Below the pieces are notes generated by a model that worked only from the letters and a program-made list of their open reading frames with translations, had not been told where the DNA came from and ran no database searches. The position numbers and the translations under genes were made by a program. DNA of 22,790 bases from Candidatus Micrarchaeia archaeon (GTDB lineage Archaea; Micrarchaeota; Micrarchaeia; Anstonellales; Bilamarchaeaceae). The stretch lies in NCBI GenBank assembly GCA_046538155.1, contig JBKHJL010000017.1, forward strand, positions 1-22,790, written 5' to 3'. This document shows, in pieces, positions 1 to 10,919 of the stretch (position 1 is its first letter; each line of letters opens with the position of its first letter).

Positions 1-102
1 CCTACCTTGGGAGGCCCACATATCTCTGTCCCGGCCACCAGAAATAGCCCACAAAACTGGCAAAACAATTTAAATCCCCCCACAGAAAAGGAAGGGGAAC
101 AA

Positions 103-1326
103 ATGGACATTGAATATTTATTTCTTATGATTGGTGCGGTTCTCCTTACCGGTTTCCTTGGCCGGCTTGTGCGGCAGAGGACACAGATACCTGAATCTCT
201 GATGCTGATTTCCTTTGGCCTGCTGCTTGGCCCGCTTACCGGGGTTATTCCCGGGGAAATCCTGATGGAATTCGTCCCGGTAATCTCGGTTGCTGCCATG
301 ATTACCATTCTTGTTGAGGCAGGGATAGGCTTTGATGTTTCTGCACTTAAATCTGCACTGAAAACCGCAGTTGCATTTACCCTTTTGGTCGCGATTTCCA
401 CAACCGTCCTCATCTCTCTCCTGCTGGTGCATGTTTATGGGTGGCCAATACTGCATGCAGTGCTCCTCGGGCTTATCTGCAGTGGAACCACAACTATAAC
501 CACAATGTCCCTTCTGGAGGGGATGAAAGTCGGAGACAAGCTCCGACGCCTAATCCTCCTTGAAACAATAATCAATGATTTTACTCTGATACTTGGTACA
601 TTTGTCATAGTGGAATTCATGAAGGTTAGCGGATTTGGCATAGAAGCAGGCATAAAGACCGCACTTTCCGAGCTTTCTGTAGCAATATTCCTTGGCCTTG
701 CGTTCGGATTTCTTTGGAGGAGGGTGCTGAAGGATTTCAACCTGGAGCGGGCCCTGAATTATATCTCCACAATAGGGTTCTGCTTTGTTCTCTACTATCT
801 TGCTGCATCCCTTGGGGGAAATTCAATAATTGCGATATTCACATTCAGCCTTTTCCTTGGCAACTACCACAAGATATATGACCTGGTAAGGCGCCCCATC
901 AAAAAAGCAGAAAGGAAGTCGTTCCAGAATGTCCTGGATTCAATACATTCCGTGGAGACGGATTTCACATTTTTCATAGCCTCCTTTTTCTTCGTGCTGC
1001 TTGGGCTTACTCTGAACCCTGCATTGCTGCAGTCTGTTTCAGTGTTCTTGATAGGCGGGATTCTCTGCTTTATTCTTGTATCCCGCCTGCTATCCTCCCA
1101 GGTTCTCTCATGGATGGACTCTTATTTTTCCCAGTACCGCGGCATCATAACCGTGATGATTCCCAGGGGCTACGTTGCTGCAGTCCTTGCGTTCGTCCCT
1201 GCACAGGAGGGGATTGAGGTTCCCTTGCTCAGCGATATAATCGTGGTAATGGTTATTGTCACCACTATAATAGCCATCCTCGGAAGCACAGTCTATGCCA
1301 GGCATTATGGAAGGAAAAAGGATTGA
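103..1326 (+). CDS. CPA1 (NhaP-like) cation/proton antiporter
   Basis: About 12-13 hydrophobic segments; LLETIIND and PRGYVAAVLA motifs. ATG 103 preferred over TTG 7 because TTTAAA lies at 69-74 and the upstream extension is not membrane-like. Confidence 0.85.
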   Translation: MDIEYLFLMIGAVLLTGFLGRLVRQRTQIPESLMLISFGLLLGPLTGVIPGEILMEFVPVISVAAMITILVEAGIGFDVSALKSALKTAVAFTLLVAISTTVLISLLLVHVYGWPILHAVLLGLICSGTTTITTMSLLEGMKVGDKLRRLILLETIINDFTLILGTFVIVEFMKVSGFGIEAGIKTALSELSVAIFLGLAFGFLWRRVLKDFNLERALNYISTIGFCFVLYYLAASLGGNSIIAIFTFSLFLGNYHKIYDLVRRPIKKAERKSFQNVLDSIHSVETDFTFFIASFFFVLLGLTLNPALLQSVSVFLIGGILCFILVSRLLSSQVLSWMDSYFSQYRGIITVMIPRGYVAAVLAFVPAQEGIEVPLLSDIIVVMVIVTTIIAILGSTVYARHYGRKKD

Positions 1327-1367
1327 GCTTCAGGAGGTTTTTATAATATTGCTGTGGAAACCCCAAC

Positions 1368-2027
1368 ATGATTGTCCTGAACCTTAAGAATTACGAAGAA
1401 ACTTACAGGAGGACTGACCTTCTCGTGGATTCAGCAAGGGAGGCTATGCAGACCACCGGAGTCAGGGTGGTAGTTGTGCCTCCCTGCACCCACCTCTCCC
1501 GCGCCCGCTATGCAAACAAAGAGGTTTTTGCCCAGCACGTAAGCCCTGTTGAGCCGGGTTCCCACACCGGAGAGGTTCTCCCTGAAGCAATAAAGGACCT
1601 GCGCATAAAGGGCTCTATGGTTAACCATTCTGAAAAGCGCTGCCCGGAACTGGTGAAGGATACAGTAAAGCGGCTCAAGAAGCTGAAGCTGGAATCCCTG
1701 GTTTGTGCCGAGAGCCCGGAAGAATGCAAAAAGTTTGCCAGGCACCGCCCGAATTTCATAGCGATAGAACCACCCGAACTAATCGGCTCGGGCAAGAGCA
1801 TTTCCAGCAAAAAACCCAAGGTGATAACCGAGTCCCTTGATGCGGTCCACTCAGTGAGCACGGAAATCCCCCTTCTTGTGGGCGCTGGGGTGAGTACCCC
1901 AAAGGATGTTGAGAAGGGACTTGCCCTGGGAGCTTCAGGGGTCTTGCTTGCCTCTGCTTTTGTGAAGGCAAACGAACCGCTCAAATTTCTCCAGAAACTT
2001 GCAAAGCCATTTGAGAAGTTTATGTAG
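1368..2027 (+). CDS. tpiA: Triosephosphate isomerase, short archaeal type
   Basis: NLKNY, NHSE, IEPPELIG, VGAGV and GVLLASA motifs; 219 aa; TTTATAA at 1340-1346. Confidence 0.96.
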   Translation: MIVLNLKNYEETYRRTDLLVDSAREAMQTTGVRVVVVPPCTHLSRARYANKEVFAQHVSPVEPGSHTGEVLPEAIKDLRIKGSMVNHSEKRCPELVKDTVKRLKKLKLESLVCAESPEECKKFARHRPNFIAIEPPELIGSGKSISSKKPKVITESLDAVHSVSTEIPLLVGAGVSTPKDVEKGLALGASGVLLASAFVKANEPLKFLQKLAKPFEKFM

Positions 2028-2091
2028 GGTTTGTATTTAATTGTGGTCTATTGTGGATATATTTATAAACCTTTCCGCGCCCTAATACACC

Positions 2092-4056
2092 ATGTCAAAA
2101 AAAGGTTCCTCAAATGGTCCCAGGTTTTCCATGGGTTTTCTCGCCCTTATCGGAGACCTGGCCAAAGAAAAGCGCGAAAGAGAGGAGAGGGATACACATG
2201 TTCCCAATTTGGTTCAAAAGGGCCCTGCATCCAAAAAACCGTTTGCTGGTTCAAAACCCGAGAGCGATAGGCAAGATTCTCCAAACAAACCACCTCTTCT
2301 CAATCTGGATAATGAAAGAGAGCCAGAAGGGAATTGGGTTCCCGGGCGTTGTATTGCTTTTAGGGAAATAGACGGAGAGATGCAGCAGGTGCCCTGGGGG
2401 AAAGAAGAATCCTATTGTAACCAGGAAGAAAAGTTCACACCTTCTGCTAATGATAAACCAGCTGGTTCTCCTCTTGTGGCACCGCCTGCCCCAAGCGTGC
2501 CCCTTCGTGAATTGGGTGGAGACGGGGGCAAAGTTTCTACTAACTGCAGAGGGTTCAGGCCCGGGAAAGATGGCTTAGAGGCAATAGACTGGAAAGGAGA
2601 TAGCCAAATCCCTTCCCCCGAAGGAGAATCCCCAGAAGACGGGCGCACAGCCGTGCTTCCGGGTTCTCCGCCCGAGGAGATATCCCCCAGCTGTCCGCCC
2701 CGTGAAGGGGAAGAGATGACCGGCCGAACCAAAGATAGGCTTGACAGCATGACTCCTGAAGAAAAGAGGGCAGAGGCTCCCCTCATTGGAATTGAATTCA
2801 GAAAAGAAAGCAGGGTTATGGGCAGGGTAGAAGAGCTAAAACTCCGAACTCCAGAACGTTTCCATGAGTATATAGACAAGGCCATGGAAACACTTGCTTC
2901 AAATTATGAAGGCACTAATTCCCTGATTGACAAGATGGTTGCGGAGAGGCGCTGGAAGTGGGGTAGGGAAGAGAGCATTATTCATTCTGCAGGTCTTGCA
3001 ATGGGAGATATAAGCAATATTTTTAGGAAAATGGTAAAAGATGAAGCTATCAGGCGCTATAAAAACCGTGAGGAATATTCCAAAGAAGGAGTAGTGACTC
3101 CTGAAGAAGTTGAGCGTGATTTCCTATTCACAGTTATCAGTTCTCATGAGGAAACTGAAAGCAAGGAGATGTGCCTTTTTGATGCCTGGGCAAAATGTGT
3201 TTCCTTCATGGTTCTCGGAAGAAGGCGTTCAGAGGACCTGTTCTACGCACTTGACCATCCAAAGATTTCACGCCCCTATGAGAAGCTGGGCGGAATGGAA
3301 GCTCTGGGTGTTTATGTGGGGCTTGAGCTTCCTGACCTGGACAAACTTGAGAGGACTGCCAAGCAGGTAGGCAGGCCGCCGGACCCCCTTTCCTCAAGCC
3401 ATATCGGCCCGGTTTTCCAGCTTGCGGTAGAGGCCCACCTTACCCATTTGATAAAATGGATTCAGAAGGCGGTTTTGCTCTGGCCCGGAGACGACAGGGT
3501 AATAGAGGGTTTTGAGCGCTTTGTGCGGGATGAGATTAAGGATTTCCAGACTTCTGTTTCCGACGCAGGCTTTACTGCTGAAATGTTTTTCCAGCTTCTC
3601 CAGCGGGAAAAGCACGATAGCCTCCGGGAAGAACACTCTCTCCAGGAAATATTTGAGAGGGCTGCAACCGGTCCAGGCCGCCTTGTGTATGGCTATCAGG
3701 ATGATGTTTTTGATGCTCTGGAATCAATACTGGACTACATGTATCTTCTCAGGGAAAACAGTGAGGCAAAGAAACTTTTCATAAACCACTTCCTTGCAAA
3801 TTATCCCCTGGAAAACAACGGCGGAACGTTCTACAAGATATTTGGGATGAGCCTGTTCATGGACAGGGAGGACATGGAGAACCACCCCCATACAATAGCT
3901 GCCTTCCGAACAGATGGAGACCTAATGATTAGGTACCATGTGGATGAGGTTCTGCGCAGGCTTGAAGGAAGGACAAGCAGAAGCACTCTTGTTGATTTGG
4001 ACCAGGACGACATAGATGCTGCATTTGATGGAATGGATGACGGCGATTCATTCTAG
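2092..4056 (+). CDS. Hypothetical protein with Pro-rich, probably disordered N-terminus and helical C-terminal region
   Basis: 654-codon ORF; TTTATAAA at 2062-2069; no family motif recognised. Confidence 0.75.
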   Translation: MSKKGSSNGPRFSMGFLALIGDLAKEKREREERDTHVPNLVQKGPASKKPFAGSKPESDRQDSPNKPPLLNLDNEREPEGNWVPGRCIAFREIDGEMQQVPWGKEESYCNQEEKFTPSANDKPAGSPLVAPPAPSVPLRELGGDGGKVSTNCRGFRPGKDGLEAIDWKGDSQIPSPEGESPEDGRTAVLPGSPPEEISPSCPPREGEEMTGRTKDRLDSMTPEEKRAEAPLIGIEFRKESRVMGRVEELKLRTPERFHEYIDKAMETLASNYEGTNSLIDKMVAERRWKWGREESIIHSAGLAMGDISNIFRKMVKDEAIRRYKNREEYSKEGVVTPEEVERDFLFTVISSHEETESKEMCLFDAWAKCVSFMVLGRRRSEDLFYALDHPKISRPYEKLGGMEALGVYVGLELPDLDKLERTAKQVGRPPDPLSSSHIGPVFQLAVEAHLTHLIKWIQKAVLLWPGDDRVIEGFERFVRDEIKDFQTSVSDAGFTAEMFFQLLQREKHDSLREEHSLQEIFERAATGPGRLVYGYQDDVFDALESILDYMYLLRENSEAKKLFINHFLANYPLENNGGTFYKIFGMSLFMDREDMENHPHTIAAFRTDGDLMIRYHVDEVLRRLEGRTSRSTLVDLDQDDIDAAFDGMDDGDSF

Positions 4057-5924
4057 CCCCTGAATACGGGCCTTCTGCTCAGCTTTTTCGGCAGGGAAAT
4101 CTCCTCAAAAGGCATTCCCTGGGTTTTTTCCTCTATAATGCTCCTCAGCCCAATCCCGTCCATTTCATTTTTCTCCCCTGTTTCCCTTATTGAGACTGAA
4201 ACCTTTCCACTTTCCACTTCATTATCCCCGATTACTGCAATATAGGGGATCCATTCTTTTTGTGCTCCCCTTATCTTCTTTCCGAGGGTTTCCGGAGTAT
4301 CATCTATGTCCGCGCGCACATTTTCCCCAAGCTCTTCAAGCACTTCATGGGCAAAGTCCAGGTGCTTTTCAGAAATAGGTATTATCCTTACCTGGGTCGG
4401 GCAGAGCCAGAGCGGCAGCATTGCCTTTTCCCCCGTTTGCATTCTGATTGCCTCTTTTTCAAGAAGGGCATAAACCACCCGCTCTATGCTTCCGGAGATT
4501 GATGCATGGGTGAGAAGGGGGCGCTTCTTTTCCCCGTTTTCATCTATGAATGAGATATCATATGTTTCTGCGTTCTCCACGTCTATCTGCACGGTTGTCA
4601 GAGCACTTGCCTTGTCCATTGCATCTACAAAATTGAATTCAAATTTGGTAATGAAGTATGCATACCTTTCATCAAAAATCTCAATTAGTATCGGCTTCCC
4701 TATCCTCTCTACAAGAGAGACATACCATTCCCGGTTATCTTCATAGAATTCCCTGAGCACCCTGAACCCGACTTCGCTTCCATTTAACAGCCCCACCCCT
4801 TCCAGCCAGTCCATGCTGATTTCAAGCTGCTGCTCAAGCTCTTCTTTTGCCTGGTCCATGTCCTTCAGGAATGCGTGCATATCTGGCATGGTAAATCCCC
4901 TGAGCCTCTTGAGCCCGGCGAGCTCACCGGTCTGCTCTCTCCTGAAAGAGTATTTGGTAAGCTCAAACATGCGCATCGGGAGCTGCCTGTGGCTGAATAC
5001 CATGTCGTGGGCCATGAGAAACTGCCCGAAGCAGGCGGCAAACCTCAGAAAGAACTCCTTGTTTTCGCTTTTAACTACATACTGCCTTGCAGGAAACCTG
5101 TTAAGGTATGCTTTTAGCGCAGGGTGCTCATAATCATAGAGGATGGGGGTTTCAACCTCCATGGCCCCGTAGCCAACGCAAAAATCGGTTATTGATTTTT
5201 CCAGCAGTTTCTTTAGGAGCCGGCCCTTTGGGTACCAGCGGAAGTTGCCAGGGTCTGTTCCCTCTTCATAATCCACAAGTTCCTGCTCCTGCATCAGCTT
5301 TATGTGCGGCGGCTCTTTTTCGTATGCTCTCGTTTTCTTTGTTTCATATGTTGCAAATTTCTTCAGGTTTTCATTGCCTGAAAAATCAAATTTCTCAACA
5401 GGCACCAGTTCTTTTCCAGGTGCAAGGATATAGAAGCGGCTTTCCATCTTTTCTTCTGCCTTTGCAGAAGCGGACACTTCAACTTCATCTTTCTTTTCTG
5501 CGCTGAAAACCCGGGAAAGTTCGCTCAGGGGATGCCCGGGGCAGGAAACCTGGAATTTTTTGTACCATCCGAATGGGGAGCGCATCACCTCAAACCCCTC
5601 CCTCCTAAGGGCACCCTCCATTTTTTTTATGAGTGAAATTGCCTCCTTTGGGGAGGAAGGATTTGAGCCCATGAGCAGGTGCGCATAAGGATAAAGCATT
5701 ACCTTCTTTGTCCCCACTTTTCCTGCAACATCTTCAATGTCCCTGACTGCCTTTTCCGAAAGCTCTGCTGCTTTTCCCCCATCCCCTTCTTCCACCGCAA
5801 TCCGCACCCAGAGGGCATTTTCCATCTCCCCTTTTTTCATCTCTTCAGGAACATCTTCCGCAAGCTTTGTTTTTTTTGTTGCTTCGTATGAGATTTTTTC
5901 CGCGTGCACAATCAGCTCTTTCAT
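4053..5924 (-). CDS. thrS: Threonine--tRNA ligase, archaeal type with N-terminal editing domain
   Basis: LYPYAHL and SPFGWYK..CPGHPLSELSR editing motifs; FAACFG, FRREQ.GEL.GL.RLR.FTMPDMH, HAS.SGSIER; C-terminal anticodon-binding domain. Confidence 0.97.
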   Translation of the reverse strand: MKELIVHAEKISYEATKKTKLAEDVPEEMKKGEMENALWVRIAVEEGDGGKAAELSEKAVRDIEDVAGKVGTKKVMLYPYAHLLMGSNPSSPKEAISLIKKMEGALRREGFEVMRSPFGWYKKFQVSCPGHPLSELSRVFSAEKKDEVEVSASAKAEEKMESRFYILAPGKELVPVEKFDFSGNENLKKFATYETKKTRAYEKEPPHIKLMQEQELVDYEEGTDPGNFRWYPKGRLLKKLLEKSITDFCVGYGAMEVETPILYDYEHPALKAYLNRFPARQYVVKSENKEFFLRFAACFGQFLMAHDMVFSHRQLPMRMFELTKYSFRREQTGELAGLKRLRGFTMPDMHAFLKDMDQAKEELEQQLEISMDWLEGVGLLNGSEVGFRVLREFYEDNREWYVSLVERIGKPILIEIFDERYAYFITKFEFNFVDAMDKASALTTVQIDVENAETYDISFIDENGEKKRPLLTHASISGSIERVVYALLEKEAIRMQTGEKAMLPLWLCPTQVRIIPISEKHLDFAHEVLEELGENVRADIDDTPETLGKKIRGAQKEWIPYIAVIGDNEVESGKVSVSIRETGEKNEMDGIGLRSIIEEKTQGMPFEEISLPKKLSRRPVFRG

Positions 5925-6027
5925 GGTAATTACCCAAAACTAATTAATTTGGATATAATTTAAAACTCCCCTCCCTTCCGTACACCTCCTGCATAATATT
6001 TATATTCTCTCCCTTATTACTTACAGT

Positions 6028-9000
6028 ATGTCCAAAATAAGAACGCTCTTTTTCCTTGTCCTGGCAGCAGGATTTGTATTTTCCCTTACCCTGGTCAACA
6101 ATTGCCAGAACCTGAGTACTTCTGGTGAAACCTACATCCTTAATACTGACCTGGATGATGCGGGCGACCGCTGTTTCAACATCACAAACGAAGATATCGT
6201 ATTTGCCTGCAATGGAAAATATATAGACGGCACAGGCCCGGGAGGGGGAACTGCAGTGTACAACAGCGGATACAATGGGACCACTATTGAGAACTGCACA
6301 ATCCAGGAGTTTGACGACGGGATGTATTTCAACAATGCATTCAATATTTCCCTCACCAACATTTCGGTTTCTTCAATCAACAGCAAGGGGCTTTACTTTG
6401 ACCAGACCTATGGAGTCAACCTGAATGGAATGGAGGGAACAGGCGGAAACGGCAGATTGGTTTATTTTACTGATTCTGAAAACGTAAGCATAAGCGATGT
6501 TTATTTTTATAATGCGGACACGGGCATACATGTTGAGGATTCATACAACCTTACAATACAGGATTTTGAAGCGGCAAACCTCTCAGGAGCAACTGACAGG
6601 GGAATGGGGATTCTTGTGAATGGAGTGGAGCTCTGCGAGGTTTCAGACATAAGTGTTTACAACACATCTTCGCTTGCAGTTTATCTCTGGGACATAAGCG
6701 ACTGCGACCTGCATGATGTGGTTGCGGATTATGGCTCGTATTCACCTGGAAACGATGGTTTTGTTTCTGTCCATGGACCTCTGGGCTATTTTGACCCTGC
6801 CCCAAATACGAATGTATGGAATATAGAGGCGAGCCGCTCTTATGCAAACGCGACCAACCTGTCCGGATGCATAGGGGTTTCAGTTTCATACGGCACAGTT
6901 GAAAATATTACTGCGCACGACTGTAAAATGAGCGGAATCGGCACGGTTCTGGGTAACGCATCCACCGGAAGAAACTTCCTGGCTTATAATAATGGGATGG
7001 GCGGGGTTGTGCTGGTTGCCGGACTGGAGAATCTCTCCTCAATACCTTTTGCCCCAGCATTTCCCGTACTCTGGGACCCTGAGGATGAGGGCCCGGCAGA
7101 AGCATATGATATCACTGCGTATGGGAACGGATGGATAGGTACCCTCCCCGTAGTGATGAACCATTCCAACATAACAAATGTCCAGGCATACAATACCGGC
7201 CAGAACTACTGGGACATAAATCTCACATCACTCTGTGACCCATTTGGAATAGGGTTCTGCCTAAACCTGACCAATGATTCCAGGTTTGCAGGAAGTTTTG
7301 TGGGACTTTCCGGAACATTCATAAACAGTTTTATGGCCGGCGACTTCAATGCTTCTGAGATGGGCACCCTCAGAAATGCGGAATTCAGAGACAGTCCGGT
7401 CGGGCTGCTTATACTTGGTGTTGCAGGGGCTGAACTGACCGGCTCTACAATCCATGACAATACTTATGCAGGAGTATGGATAAACAATTCAATCGGAGTC
7501 CTGTTCAATGATACCAGCATCTACAGCAATGGTGGTGACGGAGTTTCAATGAGGCCCCAGACAATGCTGGTCGGAGTCCTGATGAACAATTCCGAGGTTT
7601 ATGGAAACGGGGGAAACGGAATCAGCCTGTACAATTCCAATAGTGCGATGACTACTTCTCCAACCTACCTTGTTTTTGATGACCTCTCAATCCACAGCAA
7701 TGGAGGGGATGGGATTGGGGGACAGAACCTCTCCTTCCCGCTCTTTGTAAATGTTTCAATTTACAGCAACACCGGTTCGGGAATAAACCTGGAAGCTGTT
7801 TCCGGGGCAGCCGCCCCGCCCGCGGATTCATTTGTTTTAGTGGACTGTTATGATAACAGGGAATACGGCCTCTCTGCTGGCCAGCTGGACATAAACATAT
7901 CCCACAGCAGCTTCCATGGAAATGGGCTTGACGGAATAAAGGCAAACGGCATGGTTACAGCCATAATAAATAACAGCGAGGTTTATGGAAACACCGGCCA
8001 TGGAATCTCTTTCCGCAGTCTTGTCCTAGTACCGACCTTCCCCTCCCCTACTGTTATTAATACAGAAATACACAACAATGGAGAAAACGGGATAGTACTC
8101 GGAGCAGGGGGCACCTGGATGGAGAATGCTTCAATACATTCCAATTCAGTAGGTGTGGAACTTACCAATCCCTCAAACTCTTACACAAGAGGGGGAGCAC
8201 CTTTCCCTTATGGGTTTTTTTTCATGCGTTATTCCTTCCTTGAAGGAAACACAAATGACGTGGAATTCAATTTCCCCAATGATGACAATGTTACAGCCAT
8301 AGTGGGTGCGATTATCCAGAATACCACTTTTGGGAATACGAATATCTCGCTTGCCTACACCACGAACGAAACGCCCATTGACCTTTCCCTGGACAGCAGG
8401 ACAAGCATGCCCGGCCCGGGACTTGCAACCTACGACCCGCTTTACCGTTTCATTGATATTGAAAGCAGCACAGGGGAAGTCCTGAACCAGACTGCAATAC
8501 ATTATACTCCTGCAGATGCAGCAGGGAGGAACCAGTCAAACCTTGAAGTTTTGGAATATGATTCCGGAACATGGTCAGTGGTTGCAAACCAGACACAGAA
8601 CGGAACGATGATTTCCCTTCTTGCTCCCCCTGCCCCAACCCGGGGCACAGTGGTATTTTACAACCACAGCACCTTCAGCACTTTTGGCCTGTTTGAGAAC
8701 AGCACGGATTATAAGCCGTCAGAAGATGAGAGGGATGACGGCGGAAGGGACAAGCTCCGCCTTGATGAGGAATCCTCCGGATATACCCTTGATAACGTTC
8801 TGTTCACCGTTACTTCGGATGGGCATGAGATTGAGGATGCCCGCGTTCATATCAAGCTTGAGGGGGAAGAAGTTGATTCAGTAGTCACCAATGACGACGG
8901 GATGGCAGTTTTCGTTCCGGTTGCTGCAGGGCTTTATTCAGCATATGCAGCTGAGGGCGGATATAAGGATTCAAACACCGTGCGCTTTGAAATTTCCCTC

Positions 9001-9531
9001 AGGCAGCTTGATATTGAGCTTCCGCCTTCACCAATGGAGGATGAGGGATTCAATATTTTTGCCTACTGGCAGGGGAGCCCGGTTGAAGGCGCCACCATTT
9101 CAATTGCAGGTCTTGTAAGAGAAACAGGCGAATCCGGAGATGCCATCTTCACCCTTCCTGCAGGCAATTATCCTGTGTATGCTGCTGCAGAAGGGTATGA
9201 AGAATGGGAAGGCAGCCTGAAGGTTTCTGAGGTTACAGAAGAGGAAACCGTACCTGAGCCCCCTGAAGAAGAGCAGGAGGAGGAACAGGGAGGAGTTCCT
9301 GAAGTTCCGCCCGAGCAAGAGCCGGAAGAGTTCGGCAAGCTCACAGGGGAAGCAGAAGTTCCTTCGGTTGAGGAGCCCAAGCAGCCGGTAACTGAAAAGC
9401 GGGAGGAAATACAGCAGGAGTACCTGTGGATTTTCCTTCTCCTGGTACTAATCGGGGCACTTACAATCTACCTGCTCGGAAAAAAATCCAAGGGAAAAGC
9501 AGGCAGCGAAGGGAAAAAGAAGGGTCGCTAG
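6028..9531 (+). CDS. Large membrane-anchored surface protein with parallel beta-helix (NosD/CASH-like) repeats
   Basis: Signal peptide; repeated I/V-x-x-N-x-x-x-G-I units; many N-x-S/T sequons; beta-sandwich-like segments; Glu/Pro linker; C-terminal TM helix and Lys-rich tail; TTTATAT at 5999-6005. Confidence 0.85.
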   Translation: MSKIRTLFFLVLAAGFVFSLTLVNNCQNLSTSGETYILNTDLDDAGDRCFNITNEDIVFACNGKYIDGTGPGGGTAVYNSGYNGTTIENCTIQEFDDGMYFNNAFNISLTNISVSSINSKGLYFDQTYGVNLNGMEGTGGNGRLVYFTDSENVSISDVYFYNADTGIHVEDSYNLTIQDFEAANLSGATDRGMGILVNGVELCEVSDISVYNTSSLAVYLWDISDCDLHDVVADYGSYSPGNDGFVSVHGPLGYFDPAPNTNVWNIEASRSYANATNLSGCIGVSVSYGTVENITAHDCKMSGIGTVLGNASTGRNFLAYNNGMGGVVLVAGLENLSSIPFAPAFPVLWDPEDEGPAEAYDITAYGNGWIGTLPVVMNHSNITNVQAYNTGQNYWDINLTSLCDPFGIGFCLNLTNDSRFAGSFVGLSGTFINSFMAGDFNASEMGTLRNAEFRDSPVGLLILGVAGAELTGSTIHDNTYAGVWINNSIGVLFNDTSIYSNGGDGVSMRPQTMLVGVLMNNSEVYGNGGNGISLYNSNSAMTTSPTYLVFDDLSIHSNGGDGIGGQNLSFPLFVNVSIYSNTGSGINLEAVSGAAAPPADSFVLVDCYDNREYGLSAGQLDINISHSSFHGNGLDGIKANGMVTAIINNSEVYGNTGHGISFRSLVLVPTFPSPTVINTEIHNNGENGIVLGAGGTWMENASIHSNSVGVELTNPSNSYTRGGAPFPYGFFFMRYSFLEGNTNDVEFNFPNDDNVTAIVGAIIQNTTFGNTNISLAYTTNETPIDLSLDSRTSMPGPGLATYDPLYRFIDIESSTGEVLNQTAIHYTPADAAGRNQSNLEVLEYDSGTWSVVANQTQNGTMISLLAPPAPTRGTVVFYNHSTFSTFGLFENSTDYKPSEDERDDGGRDKLRLDEESSGYTLDNVLFTVTSDGHEIEDARVHIKLEGEEVDSVVTNDDGMAVFVPVAAGLYSAYAAEGGYKDSNTVRFEISLRQLDIELPPSPMEDEGFNIFAYWQGSPVEGATISIAGLVRETGESGDAIFTLPAGNYPVYAAAEGYEEWEGSLKVSEVTEEETVPEPPEEEQEEEQGGVPEVPPEQEPEEFGKLTGEAEVPSVEEPKQPVTEKREEIQQEYLWIFLLLVLIGALTIYLLGKKSKGKAGSEGKKKGR
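7593..7992 (+). repeat. 16-bp exact direct repeat CGAGGTTTATGGAAAC (7593-7608, 7977-7992) in beta-helix coding repeats
   Basis: Both copies fall in NNSEVYGN units. Confidence 0.7.
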
Positions 9532-9572
9532 CCCCTTCCCTTTAAATCCTCTTCTTTTTGTCTTATTTTTCA

Positions 9573-10880
9573 ATGCTTTGTTTTGGAACTTCAGGAATAA
9601 GGGGGCTCTATGGCCGTGAGATTAATCCTTCCCTCGCCCTGCGCGTTGCAAATGCGTTTTCGGATTCCGGACTTGCCCTGTGCATGGATACCCGCAAAAC
9701 AAGCCCCCTGCTGGAAAAGGCTGCCGCCTCTGGCGCAATGGCTTCCGGAAAGGATGTGATTTCACTGGGTGTTGCCCCCACTCCTGTGCTTGCATTCGCT
9801 ACTCTGAAGCATCAATGCAATGGAATAATGGTTACTGCTTCCCACAACCCCCCGGAATACAATGGGCTGAAGCTGATTTCCGGAGGCAGGGAAATAAACA
9901 AAACAGAAGAAAAGAGGGTGATCTCCAGGTATAAATCAGGGCTGGAGCTCGCATCCTGGGACAGAAACGGAAATTATGCTGCAGACGAGCATATAATAGA
10001 TTCATACGTTGATTTTATTCTTCCCCAGCTGGATACGGAAATCATCTGCAGCAAAAAACCAAAAATTGTTCTGGACTGCAATGGCGCAGGAAGGGCAGCC
10101 ACACCTGTTTTGCTTGAGAGGCTCGGGTGCGAAGTCGTCACCATAAATATGCAGGAGCACGGCTTTTCCCGTCCATCTGAACCTTCCGGGGAAAACCTTT
10201 CCCTGCTGAAAGAGAAGGTAAGGGAAGTGGGAGCGGACCTGGGCCTTGCCCATGACGGGGACGGAGACCGTATTTCCCTGGTGGATGAGAAAGGAGAGTT
10301 TGTGAATATGGATGTGCAGCTTTCCCTGATGGTTCTCCATGAGCTTGAAAAGAAAAAAGGGAAGATAGTAAGCACGGTTGAGGCCTCTCTGATAATCAAA
10401 GATGCGGTTGAGCAGGGCGGCGGCGAGCTTGTAATCACTCCGGTAGGCAGCACTTATGTGGGGGATACACTTGAAAAAAAGGGTGCGGTATTTGGTGGAG
10501 AGCCTGCAGGCGAATTTGTTTATTCCGAAGGGGTGCATGTTCCGGATGGAATACTCGGCGCCGCCAAGTTCGCAGAACTATTTTCAAAGAAAGGCAGGAT
10601 TTCCAAGCTTGCTTCCCAATTCAAGCCATACCCAATGGTGCGGGAAAAATACAAAACCAGAGACAAGGCTGCAGCCATGGAAAAAATCCTTAACTCAATA
10701 AGCATAGACGGAGAAGTGAGCAGGGTGGATGGATTGCGGATAGACTCTGAAGATTACTGGATTTTAATCCGCCCCTCCGGCACCGAGCCGATAATCCGCC
10801 TTACTCTGGAAGCAAAGGACCCGGGCATTCTTTCTGAAATAAAAGAGAAGGCGGAGTCAGCAATCATGCAAGCAGTCTGA
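9573..10880 (+). CDS. glmM: Phosphoglucosamine mutase / phosphohexomutase
   Basis: FGTSGIRG, TASHNP, DGDGDR, GGE and IRPSGTEP motifs; near a GlmU-like gene; ATG 9573 after TTTAAA at 9541-9546. Substrate (GlcN vs Man/Glc) is inferred. Confidence 0.85.
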   Translation: MLCFGTSGIRGLYGREINPSLALRVANAFSDSGLALCMDTRKTSPLLEKAAASGAMASGKDVISLGVAPTPVLAFATLKHQCNGIMVTASHNPPEYNGLKLISGGREINKTEEKRVISRYKSGLELASWDRNGNYAADEHIIDSYVDFILPQLDTEIICSKKPKIVLDCNGAGRAATPVLLERLGCEVVTINMQEHGFSRPSEPSGENLSLLKEKVREVGADLGLAHDGDGDRISLVDEKGEFVNMDVQLSLMVLHELEKKKGKIVSTVEASLIIKDAVEQGGGELVITPVGSTYVGDTLEKKGAVFGGEPAGEFVYSEGVHVPDGILGAAKFAELFSKKGRISKLASQFKPYPMVREKYKTRDKAAAMEKILNSISIDGEVSRVDGLRIDSEDYWILIRPSGTEPIIRLTLEAKDPGILSEIKEKAESAIMQAV

Positions 10881-10919
10881 AATTTAAATCTTGCCCGCCT
10901 ACTTCCTCCAGGTGTTTTG

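Noticed and set aside
1..21. Possible minus-strand gene start (MWASQGR) at the window edge
   Set aside because: Too short to assess.
7..102. N-terminal extension of the antiporter from TTG 7
   Set aside because: Covers the TATA box and is not membrane-like; ATG 103 fits better.
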